DNA of 64,000 nucleotides from the NCBI GenBank assembly GCA_951406725.2, contig OX597824.1:99572001-99636000 (forward strand), in the 5' to 3' direction. How positions within the stretch are numbered: the first letter of the stretch is position 1; each line of letters begins with the position of its first letter. This DNA is from Octopus vulgaris (lineage: Eukaryota). Below the pieces are notes generated by a model. It was given only the letters and a program-made list of their open reading frames with translations, ran no database searches and was not told the origin of the DNA. The position numbers and the translations under genes are program-made. Of the stretch, positions 24,465 to 36,269 are shown in pieces.

Positions 24465-25102
24465 TATCATCATCATCGTTTAACGCCCGTTTTCCATGCT
24501 AGCATGGGTTGGACAGTTCGACCGGGGTCTGGGAATCCATGAGGCTGCGCCGGGCTCCAGTCTGATCTGGCAGTGTTTCTACAGCTGGATGCCCTTCCTA
24601 ATGCCAACCACTCTGTGAGTGTAGTAGGTGCTTTTTACGTGCCACCAGCACAGGGGCTAGGAAGCTGGCAAACAACCATGATTGTTTGGTGTTTTTTACA
24701 TGTCACTGACATGGACGCCAGTCGGGCAGCGCTGGTATCGGCCATGTTTGGATGGTGCCTTTTATGTGCCACGGGCACAGGTATCCAACTACAATTTCCA
24801 GTTGATTTTTGTTTTGATGTTGATGTACTTGACTCAATAGGTCTCCTCAAGCACAGCAGGCCATCCTGTGAGCCATGAACTCACTTCATTTGTCGGGTCT
24901 TCACAGTCACAGTATATCTCAGAGGTCACGATCTTTCGTCATTGCCTCTGTGAGGCCTAACATGCCACTGGCATGGGTATCACAACTACAATATCCATTT
25001 GATTTTTGTTTTGATGTTGACATACTTGACTCATTAGGTCTCCTCAAGCACAGCAGGTCTCCCTATGATCCAAGGTTAGCACAGCAGGCCATCCTGTGAG
25101 CC
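24465..25102 (-). mobile_element. Long copy of the RTE-tail repeat with an internal duplication of about 110 nt
   Basis: catcatcgtttaacgcccgttttccatgctagc...; block actacaat...cagcacagcagg-like sequence occurs at about 24770-24875 and 24963-25102. Confidence 0.75.
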
Positions 25103-25339
25103 ATATATACAGATAAGAAAAGAAATGGAGCAACAATTAACTGTTAGACGTTGATCATTGGTATTAAATGGTCATAGTTTAATTGTAGTTAAAATAACAT
25201 TTACAACTGTTTCAGTTTGTTATTTTTGAGGTAAATTGAGCTGTAAGTGTTATTTTAACTACAATTAAACAATGACCATTCAATACCAATGATCAACTTC
25301 TAATTGTTAATTGTTGCTCCATTTCTTTTCTGTATATAT
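25103..25339. repeat. Fold-back (about 100-nt inverted arms, about 30-nt spacer)
   Basis: aagaaatggagcaacaattaac...gttaattgttgctccatttctt; centre keeps GAAACAGTTGTAA (minus) and AGCTGTAAG (plus). Confidence 0.75.
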
Positions 25340-26509
25340 TAAACCACGGTTTACCATTTAAATTACCAACTATTCTTAACTTTATAGCAAGGCCTATACA
25401 TAGGTAATACACCTGCCTATGGATACATTTATCCCTTAGATGGTTGCATAACCTCTAACTCATAATTTATATATATATGCATGTATGTATGCATCAATGT
25501 ATGTATGATCTCTGTATGAGAGTTTGCATATATGTATGTAGTAGATATGTGTAGGTATGTATGTAGAAATGTTTGACTGTGTGTATGTGTATGTGTTTGT
25601 GTTTTAAAATAATCAAAACCACCAGTACAAGAATGTGAATAAAAGCACAAATAAAAAACAAATACCAGGTATTGATGATGCGTTAAATTATGATGATGAT
25701 GTTTTCTTTGATTTGCCACAGGTGTGGGAATTAATTTGTGTACCTGTTTACATAAAATCAGGTGAGAGAAAGAACAATGAAGAAAAAAAATATATACAAA
25801 ATCTATGAATACATGTTAGACGACATCCTCTTGATACTGGAGTGTCTCTGATTAGGGTAGTCAAGGAGACCAACAAATTGAGGATCAGCTTAACAGATAA
25901 TGGCAGGATCCCTTATCCAGCTTTTGTCCTCCTATCTATATAAGGGTATTTTTAAAGCAGTTCCACTGGCATTCGAAATAGGCCCCTAACCCCGATTTGC
26001 CACAAATGTTCAGGTTGGACATCTTTGTTACCAGTTTGGGAAAGCAGGAATAAATCCTAGATACTGCTTCTGTTCATCTCAGGAATTTATTAAAATGTCC
26101 TTTTCCTTAATTGGATTATAAACTTAGACCATGCAAGATATAAAAGCAGCCATATTACTTGAAAAGCTTTTAAAGTGATTTGTAATAGTGAGGACTGATT
26201 AAACAGTCTGGAAAAATTGACATCACCATCAAAAAGATACAAACATATTTCCGTTGAGAATGTAGCAAAATTATAGTGAAAAGTAAGAGGTCGAAGGGAA
26301 ATAACTTGGTGGGAGTTCAAATTCTGCTGAGGTTGACTGCCTTTCATCCTTTCGGGATCAATAAATTAAGTACCAGTAAAACACTGGGGATCTATGTAAT
26401 CGATTATCCCCCTCCCCCAAATTTCAGGCCTTGCACCTTTAGTAGAAAGGATTATCATTATCATTTATGGTTTCCTTTCATAACTTTATTTCAGCTGCCT
26501 TAGTACCAG

Positions 26510-26902
26510 GCATCCTCTGGAGGCCAAGAGTAGCAAGGGTACTTTTGTTTTGCTATGAATGCTAAAATTATCACCATATTTATTCCATTTTAGATGGAGA
26601 GTGCTTTCTGTTATTGTGGGTATCGTAGGTATGATAAAAAAAGGGATGTCAGAAACATCTAGATAAGATCCCAAGAGAGCCATATCTCAGAGAAATCCAA
26701 AAGATTGTGTTAGCAAGTATTGCCCACATCCTTAGAAAAACCCTATCCACTTGAATGTCTGTGTTGTATTACATGAAAATATTTGGCTACCTCCCCTCCC
26801 CAAGCTTTCAGTCATACTGTAATATCGCTTATCCTTCACTCACCCAAGGACACTGGGTGTATCTCAGTAAATGATTGTAATAGACATGCAGATTAAAAGT
26901 AA

Positions 26903-26949
<47 letters not shown>

Positions 26950-26950
26950 T
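26510..26950 (+). mobile_element. R4/Dong-like 3' end with (TAA)n tail
   Basis: VIVGIVGMIKKG...EIQKIVLASIAHILRKTL* then UTR and TAA run, homologous to 12286-12625. Confidence 0.75.
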
Positions 26951-27043
26951 CTAGCTTTTAAGAAGTGGATTACACCTAAAAATAAAGAAAATTTGTCCAA
27001 TTTTTTACCAAGTAGGCAGAGGCACAGCTGTAACCCTCTTGTC

Positions 27044-27049
27044 TTTATT
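27044..27049 (-). promoter_or_regulatory. Candidate polyadenylation signal of NDUFAF1
   Basis: AATAAA on the minus strand about 305 nt after the stop codon. Confidence 0.4.
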
Positions 27050-27354
27050 TCAGATAAAGTACTCTCCACACTACTACATAATTTAATGTACTCTTTTATA
27101 TGATGGTTTGAAAGAATTGGCAGGGTTTCTGTTTTTAGTAGATTGAATGATTATAGAGAGATTAACATGTTGAACTGGTTCTTGTTGCTAGACAGCCTTA
27201 ACGTTGTTGGTGGTAGAGAGCATCATTTAAGGGTCTCACTTAGCCTTGTTACTGGTGCATTAATCAAACTCTCTGATCTTTAGAGTAAACAAAATTCTTG
27301 AGAAATTTGATATTTTAATAACAAAAACAAAGACTTTAATGATTTCAATATAAT

Positions 27355-27579
27355 CTAGACATTGGTAGTATAAGGTTCTGTTTGGTACATTTCCCAGGCA
27401 AATTCTTCCGTATGATTCATATCATACATGGCAGCAATATAGTCAATCTCTAAACCAAATGGTCCTGAGTTTCCATCTCCAAGAGTTATTCCGAAGGCAG
27501 CAATACGGTCTAATGGTAAAGGATCTTGTCTATCCTGGATTCGACCCTTGTATGCTCTGTAAAACCGAGAAATTGGTAT
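27355..27579 (-). CDS. NDUFAF1: NDUFAF1 (CIA30, complex I assembly factor) last coding exon
   Basis: Acceptor ttttttctag| then IPISRFYRAYKGRIQDRQDPLPLDRIAAFGITLGDGNSGPFGLEIDYIAAMYDMNHTEEFAWEMYQTEPYTTNV*. Matches the CIA30 C-terminus (GPFxLEIDxI, HTEEFAxE). Absent from the ORF track. Confidence 0.95.
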   Translation of the reverse strand: MPISRFYRAYKGRIQDRQDPLPLDRIAAFGITLGDGNSGPFGLEIDYIAAMYDMNHTEEFAWEMYQTEPYTTNV

Positions 27580-28517
27580 CTAGAAAAAAACAAAAAACAA
27601 AGTTTAAATATCAGAGTGTGTGCACTTATGATCTCTATGAATGTGTAGCAAATAGAGCTACTAAAATGACTGGTATAAAAACGTGTGTGTATATACATAT
27701 ATATATGCATGTATGGTTTTCAAGCTAGTGGTGCCTACAAACAAACGGAACTGCAGTGCAATATATATTTTATTGCTGTTCATCTCACATAACAAAAGAT
27801 TAAATTCTTTCAACAATTATCTTTGTAGAAATAATTAGTGAGTTTACTTGAGACTTAGCATCTCATTTCTGTCATCTAGGAAAGTGGAGACAATGTTAGT
27901 GGACTGTGTTATCATAATAACCCTTAACTGGGAGCTTTGTCTGAATGTATGGAAGAGGGGAAATTCCAAAAACGGCATCGACAGGCCAGGGGATGATGGC
28001 AAACTGGATGACATGATATATCTCTTCCACTCAGAAAGAGACAAACACTCTGTGTCACATCAAATGAGACAACATTAGAGATAGATGGTGACCCAGAATC
28101 AAATGTATGCACAGACACAATGTGGAAAATATATATATTCTGCTCTACAAACATTTATACATAGCATGCACATTTACTTGTCACAATAAACTTAAAACAG
28201 GTAATAGTTTATTCTGGTCAAAATTGAAAGGCAAGTTACAGCTGGCCATGTCATGCTGATATGCCACTGAAAGAGTCAGTGGTTCATATTCTGCAAAGAT
28301 ACTATGAGGTGACCACAAGAGAACCATTTTTACACTCCTTGGTCAACAAATCTAACCGCCAGTAACGGTCGCTCAACAAACTCTAACCACCACAAACGGT
28401 CAGTGAACAAACTCTAACCATTGGTCGGTTGGTCTGATGAAAATGAAACTCTTTTAAGATGTGAAGTAAAGGAAAAGTGAAATAATGTTGACAACAGATG
28501 AAATAATCTCCCCTTAC

Positions 28518-28703
28518 CTTAGCTACCTGCCAGTAGGGACCACCTCTTGTATATAAAGCAAAGTTATAGACATCATCCCAATGGACATCATAGGTCATAT
28601 CCATCTGAAGGTTGAGCATATATGTCCGTCCATCACCACGAACCCGTATCACAAAGTGTGTGTACCAGGTCCAATCATAAGGAATAAACCGCTTGAATGA
28701 CTT
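28518..28703 (-). CDS. NDUFAF1: NDUFAF1 middle coding exon (186 nt, phase 0/0)
   Basis: ctgcag|[62 protein letters not shown]|gtaagg. RVRGDGR and TRGGPYWQ are hallmark CIA30 motifs. Confidence 0.97.
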
Positions 28704-29180
28704 CTGCAGTGAGAAAGACAAAAACATTTGAAAGTAGGCCCAAAGTTAATATTAGGCTGGTGGTAGTGGTGAGTGTGTGTGTGTTTCAATAATGATAGAC
28801 AAAATTCCAAACTGATTGATTGGGCTTAAGTCAACACCTCTGCAGCTACTATACACAGTGTGTGTGTGTGTGTGTAAATACATATACATATGCACTAATA
28901 CTGAACAGTAAGAATGAGTGCCCAATACTGCATTAGTGGATTAATATTCCTTCTTTGTGGGTTAATAAAGCAACCAATGGTTTCAGGTGAAGAAATCTTC
29001 ATAATTGTTCAACTGTGCCACGTGGAAGTGTAGGTACTTGTTTCCATCTTGGGATTCCCATCCAAAATAGAGACAAGTACCAATACTTTCATGTAACATG
29101 CATGAATAACTGAAAATCTCATCGTCTGAAACCATTGGTTGCCTTGTTAGCTCACAAATAAAGTAGATACACACACATAT

Positions 29181-29551
29181 ATATTAGACAAAAACAGATA
29201 ACAAAGCCAAGGCTGTGAGGAGTTTTCAGGACATTTATAAAGAAAGCTATAAAGTTTTACAGCTGTTTCTGGGATATTATGGACATTCCTTCATCAGGGA
29301 CAATGTGAGAAGGTTAAATAGAGGTAAATGTTTCATTCTCTTATTTCCCTCCATATTCCCTGTCTCCTCCATTCCCACAATAATTCCGTATTTCTAACTC
29401 GAACATTTACCTCTATTTAACCATCTCAAATCATCTCTGATGAAGGGATATCCATAATATCCCAGAAACAGTTGTTAGACTATATCTCTATCTCTTTCCT
29501 TATAAATGTCCTGAAAACTCCTCACAGCCTTGACTTTGTTATCTATTTTTG

Positions 29552-29559
<8 letters not shown>
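29181..29559. mobile_element. Fold-back element with a hammerhead-like core in each arm (NDUFAF1 intron)
   Basis: About 155-nt inverted arms in TA runs. Minus core CUGAUGA-aggaauguccauaauauccca-GAAAC-AGCU-GUA (29297-29258); plus core CUGAUGA-agggauauccauaauauccca-GAAAC-AGUU-GUU (29437-29476). Confidence 0.7.
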
Positions 29560-29594
<35 letters not shown>

Positions 29595-29777
29595 AGCATG
29601 CTAATACAAGACCCATATTAAACTCCTCACTCGTATCACTCTTGAACCAAGAGTTTAACTACGGTCTGTCCATAGCACTTACTTAGTGTCACTTGCCACT
29701 CTTTGGATCTTCTAAATACCAATACCTTTTATATATATATATATGCATACATGCTTACAGACACACATACACACACA

Positions 29778-29827
<50 letters not shown>

Positions 29828-29834
29828 TCACTAT

Positions 29835-30865
29835 TACAACTTGGCTCTGTCTAAAGCATGTTACAAAGTATTGCTTTTTCCTGTTGATAAAACTACTAAC
29901 ATTAAGCCTAGTGATTCTTTGGTTCTTAATAATAAGTTTTCTACTAGAATCTGATGGAATTTATGAAAAGAAATAAAAACCATTATAGGAAGAGTTCTAA
30001 TAATAATAATGATGATATTAACCCCATTAATGATCTTATGAAATGATATGAAGCAGAATTATGGTAATAATAATAATAATAATTTTTTTTTATGTGCTCT
30101 TTTCAAGCCTAGACACGCTCATGGGCCCATTTTCTGGGTTTCTATGGCGTATGTGTTCCCCCAGCTGGATGGGACGCCAGCCCATCACAGCATTACTCCA
30201 AAAACAGGAAGAAAGAGTGAGAGAAAGCTGGGGCAAAAGAGTACAACAGGGGTCGCCACCACCCCCTGCCGGAGCCTCGTGGAGCTTTAGGTGTTTCCGC
30301 TCAATAAACACACACAAGGCCCGGTCTGGGAATTGAAACCGCGAGTCCACTGCCCTAACCGCTGGGCCATTGCACCTCCACTAATAATAATAATAATAAT
30401 GATGTTAATTGTGGTAATAGAGTTAATAGTGACTCAAAGGGTTCACATAATTGTGTGAATTCTGCTAGAAATACTACGATTACTAACAGAAGTAAAGATC
30501 AACCAGGAACTCAAGGTTATCTTAACACCATTAATCATTGGTATACTCTGTCTACCAGGAATAAAAACCATGGAAATAAATACCATAATTCAAGGCATCG
30601 AAAGAGGTTACGTCATGATGATGTGATCTGGTATAATCCTCCTTGGAACTCTGCAATAGTTACTAGTATCACTAATAGGTTGTTCTGCATCTTAGATAAA
30701 AACTTCCCCACTTCTAGCAGATACCATCAAATATTCTGTAAAAGAAAAATTAGGGTTTCTTACTCTACACTTCCTAATTTAGGGACCACAATGGCAGGTT
30801 TAAATAAGCGTAATATAATGTCAGCCCAGCATAATAATCTAAATGCATTAAGTAAAAATTTTTAA
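29835..30865 (+). mobile_element. Penelope-like retroelement ORF remnant (RT-to-GIY-YIG linker), split by a SINE
   Basis: VIWYNPPWNSAIVTSITNRLFCILDKNFPTSSRYHQIFCKRKIRVSYSTLPNL matches the PLE linker pattern IIWFNPP...IDKHFP...LHKIF...KVSYSCMPN; upstream YNLALSKACYK resembles the preceding helix. Confidence 0.7.
30092..30382 (-). mobile_element. tRNA-derived SINE in a TAA run
   Basis: Minus head ggaggtgcaaTGGCCCAGCGGttaggg...GGTTTCAATTCCcagaccggg; flanked by (TAA)n. Confidence 0.75.
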
Positions 30866-30937
30866 AAATACAAATGTTTTGCAAACTACTCATGACTAAA
30901 ATTGCCTTAAAATGTCATGATAATAATACTAATAGGA

Positions 30938-31200
30938 ATCATCATCATCATCATTGTTTAATGTCCATTTTCCATGCTGGCATGGGTTGGATAGTTTGAG
31001 TGAGGTCTGGAGAATCAGCAGCTGCACCAGGGTCCAATCTGATCTGGTAATGTTTCTACAGCTGGATGCCCTTCCTAATGCCAACCACTCCAAGAGCGTA
31101 GTGGGTGCTTTTTACTTGCCACTAGTACAGGAGCCAGTCAGGCAGGCCTAGCATCAATCATGTTCAGACAGTACTTTTTACATGCCACTGGCATGGGAGC
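30938..31200 (-). mobile_element. RTE-tail/SINE repeat copy
   Basis: catcatcattgtttaatgtccattttccatgctggcatgggttgg...ctggatgcccttcctaatgccaacc. Confidence 0.75.
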
Positions 31201-31310
31201 TTGACTGAAACAAGGAAAAGAGTAAGACAAGACCACCTCTCCAGAGGTAGGGGGCAGTATTGAGGAAGGTGGCTCCATGCCAGATAAGATGGGTAGAAGT
31301 AGAGGGAACA

Positions 31311-31418
<108 letters not shown>

Positions 31419-31537
31419 GCCAATAGATATTAATCTGAGCTCAACAAGCTGTAATAAAGGAATGAAGGTGTGAGAAAAAGATTTAGAGTCCAGAATTTTT
31501 CTCCCAATCAAACAAGTTGAACTAAAATGTAACATAC

Positions 31538-32068
31538 CATATTCCTTGGGGATCGAATATTCACATAACCAGCATCCTTCACTATTCCATCTTTAGGAAT
31601 CTTGGTAGAAAGATTACCATGAAAGAAGCCATTCCCATTCTTGTTGATTTCAAATGTTGCTGTACTGCTGCCTTGCCTGTGGTCACTGTCACAGGTCACG
31701 ACCCACTGGTCAGTATCATTCTTGGAATTAAATCTCCATAAATACGAATGATCTAAATGCTCTCTGATTAAATAAGGATCATTTTCAAGTTTCACTTTCC
31801 ATTCATTCAAAAATAATTTAGTTTCGGGCTTCAGGTGTTTCAATCCTTCCCAGGCCATTTTCAGTTTTGAATGTTTTCCTACATTTTTGTCATAACCAGA
31901 CTTTCTGTCCATCTGATAGAATGTGACCCTTGTTGCACACGGCACTTTTATCAAGGCTAGATTAAGTGGTAACAACAAATGTCGGGTAAATATAGGATTT
32001 CCTGGGGTGTAACATTGCTGTAAAAATGTCACCCTGTTGCACAGTCTTATTTTAGTAATCAAAGCCAT
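31538..32068 (-). CDS. NDUFAF1: NDUFAF1 first coding exon (177 codons, N-terminal mitochondrial-targeting-like peptide)
   Basis: MALITKIRLCNR... is basic and lacks acidic residues, followed by WVVTCDSDHRQGSS, FFHGNLSTKIPKDG and AGYVNIRS. Donor ATG|gtatgt at 31537; acceptor(s) just upstream at 32077/32070. Confidence 0.95.
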
Positions 32069-33229
32069 TCCTGTGGGCTGGAGAAAAATGAAAATAAAAT
32101 TATTACAAATGAAATAACTTCAACTTCACAGGACCCAGGTGTCCTTTGTACATTTTATAACACACACACACCTGTTCTGCCTACATCCACAACACACAAT
32201 TGCCTACTATCTCTAAGCGGACGTTTGTCCCTTTATGTTCTATCTACATTGACAACCCCCTATTTTTTAATATTCTCTATTCTTATGGTCACAGTTCTAA
32301 GAGGTTGAGTAAATTTGCTGACAAGTGTTGATATTGCAGGGTGAAGTGGCTCAATGGTTAAAGGGGCATAGGGGTGAGGTTGGAGGATATGAAATTGAAC
32401 TCTAATATATTATTAATGATTATTAACCTATCCCCTCACAAATTAAACAATAATTCAACTCAAGGATGTGAAAATAAACAACATTCTGTAAAGAAGCCAG
32501 CTAAGTACTTTATTATTAGTGACAAGTGACTGGTCTTAAATTGCATTGAGATGCATTTTCATTCGGTGCAGACTCAATTTTAAAAAGCATTCAGGCAATC
32601 CAATGGTTTTCTGGTCAAATAAGTAAAAGGGTGATTTATTGAAAGTTTGTACATATGAGTTGATGGACAACGAGTGGCAGACTACACTAAAGAAAAGTGA
32701 GAGAGAGGTAAACAGGTGTTTAGAATTGGCATTGTGTCAAATGTATTTATTTTATTTTAGTTTTCTTAATTTGTAAACAAAAATGTAAGTATACAGAATG
32801 TGTGTGTGTGTGTGTGTGAGCATACGTGTACATGTCTATGTGCATCTTTGTGTTCGTGTTTGTTCCTCACCCCCGCTTGAAAACCCGTGCTGGTTGGTAC
32901 GTCTCCATACATTAGCGGTTCGGCAAGTGAGCGTTAGAACAGGTACCAGACTTTAAAAATAAGCACTGGGATCGATTTGGAGGGGCCCCAGTCTTATGAC
33001 TGAAACAAGTAAACGGTATATATATCGACAGCATTACACATATTTCAGTTTACTAATGCAGCAAAAAAAAAAAAAAGAAAAGAGTAAAATACATCCAACT
33101 CCTTCTCCTTTTGCCTTCCATCTTATATGTACTAAGTTGAAAAGATCCACCAAACACCCCCCTTGGGTCAAGCGGAGATTATTAGTTTTAGTGAAAGCTA
33201 ACAGCAATAACAGATGTACATGAAGACAG

Positions 33230-33416
33230 CAAGGTTACCATTAACAGCAATGATGTCCTCTTTAACCTTTAAATAAACAAACCAACACAATTTTAATAGG
33301 CTTCTAGTTTTTATGGACACAGTGCTTGTTTATAGCAGAGGACAATCGGGTTATTGTGATATTTATGAATTTGGAGAAACGAGTTTGAGAAGTAGGCGAA
33401 TTGCCGAAATGTGAGT
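33230..33416. promoter_or_regulatory. Candidate bidirectional promoter and flanking non-coding first exons of NDUFAF1 and CHP1
   Basis: Both ATG exons have splice acceptors upstream (32077 minus; tttgtag|34813 plus). Divergent donor-like sites lie about 170 nt apart: minus TG|GTAACC at 33239/33238 and plus AAT|GTGAGT at 33410/33411. Confidence 0.35.
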
Positions 33417-34149
33417 AAATAGAGATTAGGGCTTCTTTAATTTGGGCAGTTTATTTATTTCACTGAGGTTTTTTCAGATTAAACCAGCATAATATCTATT
33501 TTATTCTTCGTCGGGACAGAGAAAACATTTGACTTAAGAGACATTGGGCTGTGGCTTGGCGAGGATAAATAGTTTGGGGTCGACATGCCGATGTATGCAA
33601 CGTTTAGGTGTGTGTGTGTGTATATATATAAGTCCGCGATCAAGAATAAGAGGACTTTTGACAAGTTGTGGTGCACCTGAGCACTGTATGCAATAATTTC
33701 ATTTATTATTATTATAAATAAAGTTGCGGACCCAATGACGGTGCGAGTGCGGCTAAAAGCCGTCAATCAATTAAGTATCATTAGTGAAAAGGGTGAGAGA
33801 TAATCTCTTCGTACACAGACACCAGTCCATCACAGCTACTACACATATTAAGAAATAATAGATAAATAATTTAATACAAACCCGATAATAAAAGCAGTGT
33901 TTATCTAAATAGATCCATGAGAGAGAGTTGCTGGCAGGATCTAAGATCAAATCCTTCAGAAGTCACCAACACTCGTATAGGTTTCATGTAATGTTGTATA
34001 ATATTTTTACTTCATTTTAATTTAAGACAAATAAAAATCGTTTTTAAATTAATGTCATTAAAAAAGTTTATTCTAAAATATTGAAATATTTCGAATGTAT
34101 TAAGATGAATACGAAACTATGCAAAATTGAACAATAGCTCCAGTAAATG

Positions 34150-34716
34150 GTGTGGGGAGAAGGGGAGTAGATAAGGAGGCTGCGGGAGGAGGGAAGAGAG
34201 AAAAGAAAAGAAGAAAGTGAGATGAAAGGGGCGGAGTAGACTACAAGAGGAGGACGGGGAGAAGATATAAGGGAGGGGAATAGAAAGGAAGAGAGTAATA
34301 GTGATAAGTATGAAAGATAAAAAGAGGTGGTAGGGAATGAGAGAGAGAGGGGGGATGGGTTAGAAATATTTTATGTAAGTGGGGAGAAAGGAAAGTAATG
34401 TAAGAGAGAAAGTGGGGGGAAATAGACAAAGCATAATGGGTGAGAGTTGAAGAGGTGATAGATAGATATATATAGAAGAGGGGCGAGAGAGTGCGAGAGA
34501 AAGAGATGGAGTGAGAAGAAGGGTCAAATAATTACATAGTACAAGAGGAAGAGGGAGAGGCAGAGAAAGAGGAATAAAGAGAGAAAAGGAGAGAGGGTGA
34601 GAGGAAAGAAAGAAAAGAAAAGGAGAGAGGGTGAGAGGAAAGAAAGAAAAGAAAAGGAGAGAGGGTCAGAGGAAGAAAGAAAAGAAAAGGAGAGGGTGAG
34701 AGGAAAGAAAGGAAGA
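34150..34716. repeat. Purine-rich tract with about 34-bp tandem units upstream of the CHP1 ATG exon
   Basis: gaaaaggagagagggtgagaggaaagaaagaaaa x3-4 at about 34583-34710; GGGGCGGAG box at about 34228. Confidence 0.75.
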
Positions 34717-34968
34717 TTGAGTGTTTATAATCGTTGCAGGATTTCCTTGCTATCATTTCTAGATTCCAGTTGGCCACACTCAGTTATCAAGTCTCTCTCT
34801 GCCGTTTTGTAGGTTTTAAAACTGAACACTTAATACTGTCATTATTTCTAACACCTTTTTTGGTTGACTTGATTAATTAAAACTAACAGTTTTAATTAAT
34901 TGACTATCTCCAATAATTACTGTGAAGCCACCCCACAACACATCTCAATTAAACTAAATTTCCACAAC

Positions 34969-35035
34969 ATGGGAGCACGTACGTCGAGGTTACTTCAACA
35001 TGAAGAAATTGAAGAAATTTCATCAGAAACTGGTT
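34969..35035 (+). CDS. CHP1: CHP1 coding exon 1
   Basis: caacATGg; MGARTSRLLQHEEIEEISSETG+T with G2/S6 myristoylation pattern; donor T|gtaagt; 67 nt. Confidence 0.93.
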
Positions 35036-36009
35036 GTAAGTTCATCTTATTTTATTCGATTTTGTCACCCCGAATCCTTCCACATTATCTCGTGTCGCTT
35101 TATGTTTTGTCCCCCCTATTAAAGAAATTTAATTTAATTTGTCACATTTTCCAATGACTATGTTTTTACCTTTCGTTAATCCTTGTTCTTTTGTAAACAA
35201 ATGAATAGATTGTGACGCAAATATTTTTAACGAACCATATCCAGAATCCGGTTTCGATTCTTACTCGGAAATAGTTTCATCATTATGATCTTTGGTCAAG
35301 ATGGATGTCAAACTATCTTCTGACTTCAGTTTGTTTTAACGGGTCTATTAACTAGTTCCCTTCCATTTCAACTGGTTGTTGGGTAAGGCATTCTGGTCCT
35401 AACTTCACATTTCCTCTCGTTTACAAGGTTGATTGTAGTTTTAGAAAACCTTGTTCGAAATCATATGAGGTACGTTTTAACCTGGTTGTTTGTAGCTTAA
35501 TGTTAGCATATAGAAGCAATCTTGCGATCAGTGACATTTATCTATCTTGCACTTGTAAAAATTTACCTCTATCTATCTGATAAATAGATGTCCCTAGCAG
35601 TTAACTGATGCGCCAAAAACCGTGATTTCTTCTGACGTGTTTTGAACTCGTATATTATTCCTCAAAATAATGAGGATTTTTGCAACCTCCACCCTATCCT
35701 TACCTCTTTCCGTAATTTTTCAGTTTGACTTTCGGAATTCTCAGATTTTTTGTTACAAATATAAGGTTCTTCAAAAATATGCGTAACTATTTCTTAAACA
35801 TACATCTAAAAAATTTTCGAAAGTTCACACTGAAGTGGAGGCAGGGGAAGAAGGTGAGAGGATCTTCCCATCCCAATAGTCTTTGGGCAAAATTGCAATC
35901 TACAATATTTATAACACACACATATCCAAAAAAATCGCGGATTTTGGCTCACTAGATAATTTCCAACTCTATTCTACAGGAATGCATCATATATATATAT
36001 ATATATATA

Positions 36010-36227
36010 TGAGGTGTTGCTGAAAAAGTTTTTGGCTTTAAGTGTATTGCAAAAGGCCTGGTTTAAGGCCCAGCCTTCCAAGTTCTTTTACAGGGCTTAG
36101 AAAATCTGAAGGACCTCTGCAATAAGTGTGTGAATCTGAGAGGGGAATATGTTCAATAAAATCATAATTAACTGGTCCTCCTGTATTTTCTTTTACCTAA
36201 AGCCAGGAACTTTTCAGCACTCCTTCA
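36010..36227 (+). mobile_element. Mariner-derived MITE
   Basis: About 28-bp TIRs (gctgaaaa.gtt..tggcttt / aaagcca..aacttttcagc); interior GLENLKDLCNKCVNLRGEYVQ resembles a mariner C-terminus. Confidence 0.8.
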
Positions 36228-36269
36228 TGTGTGTGTGTGTATATATATATGCATAAGCATATAGATATA

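Noticed and set aside
27844-28130. Short ORFs in the last NDUFAF1 intron as alternative exon or snoRNA
   Set aside because: Flanking exons already join in frame to a complete CIA30; no convincing splice sites or C/D boxes on the sense strand.
30320-30382. tRNA-like A/B boxes
   Set aside because: SINE head; no cloverleaf or acceptor stem.
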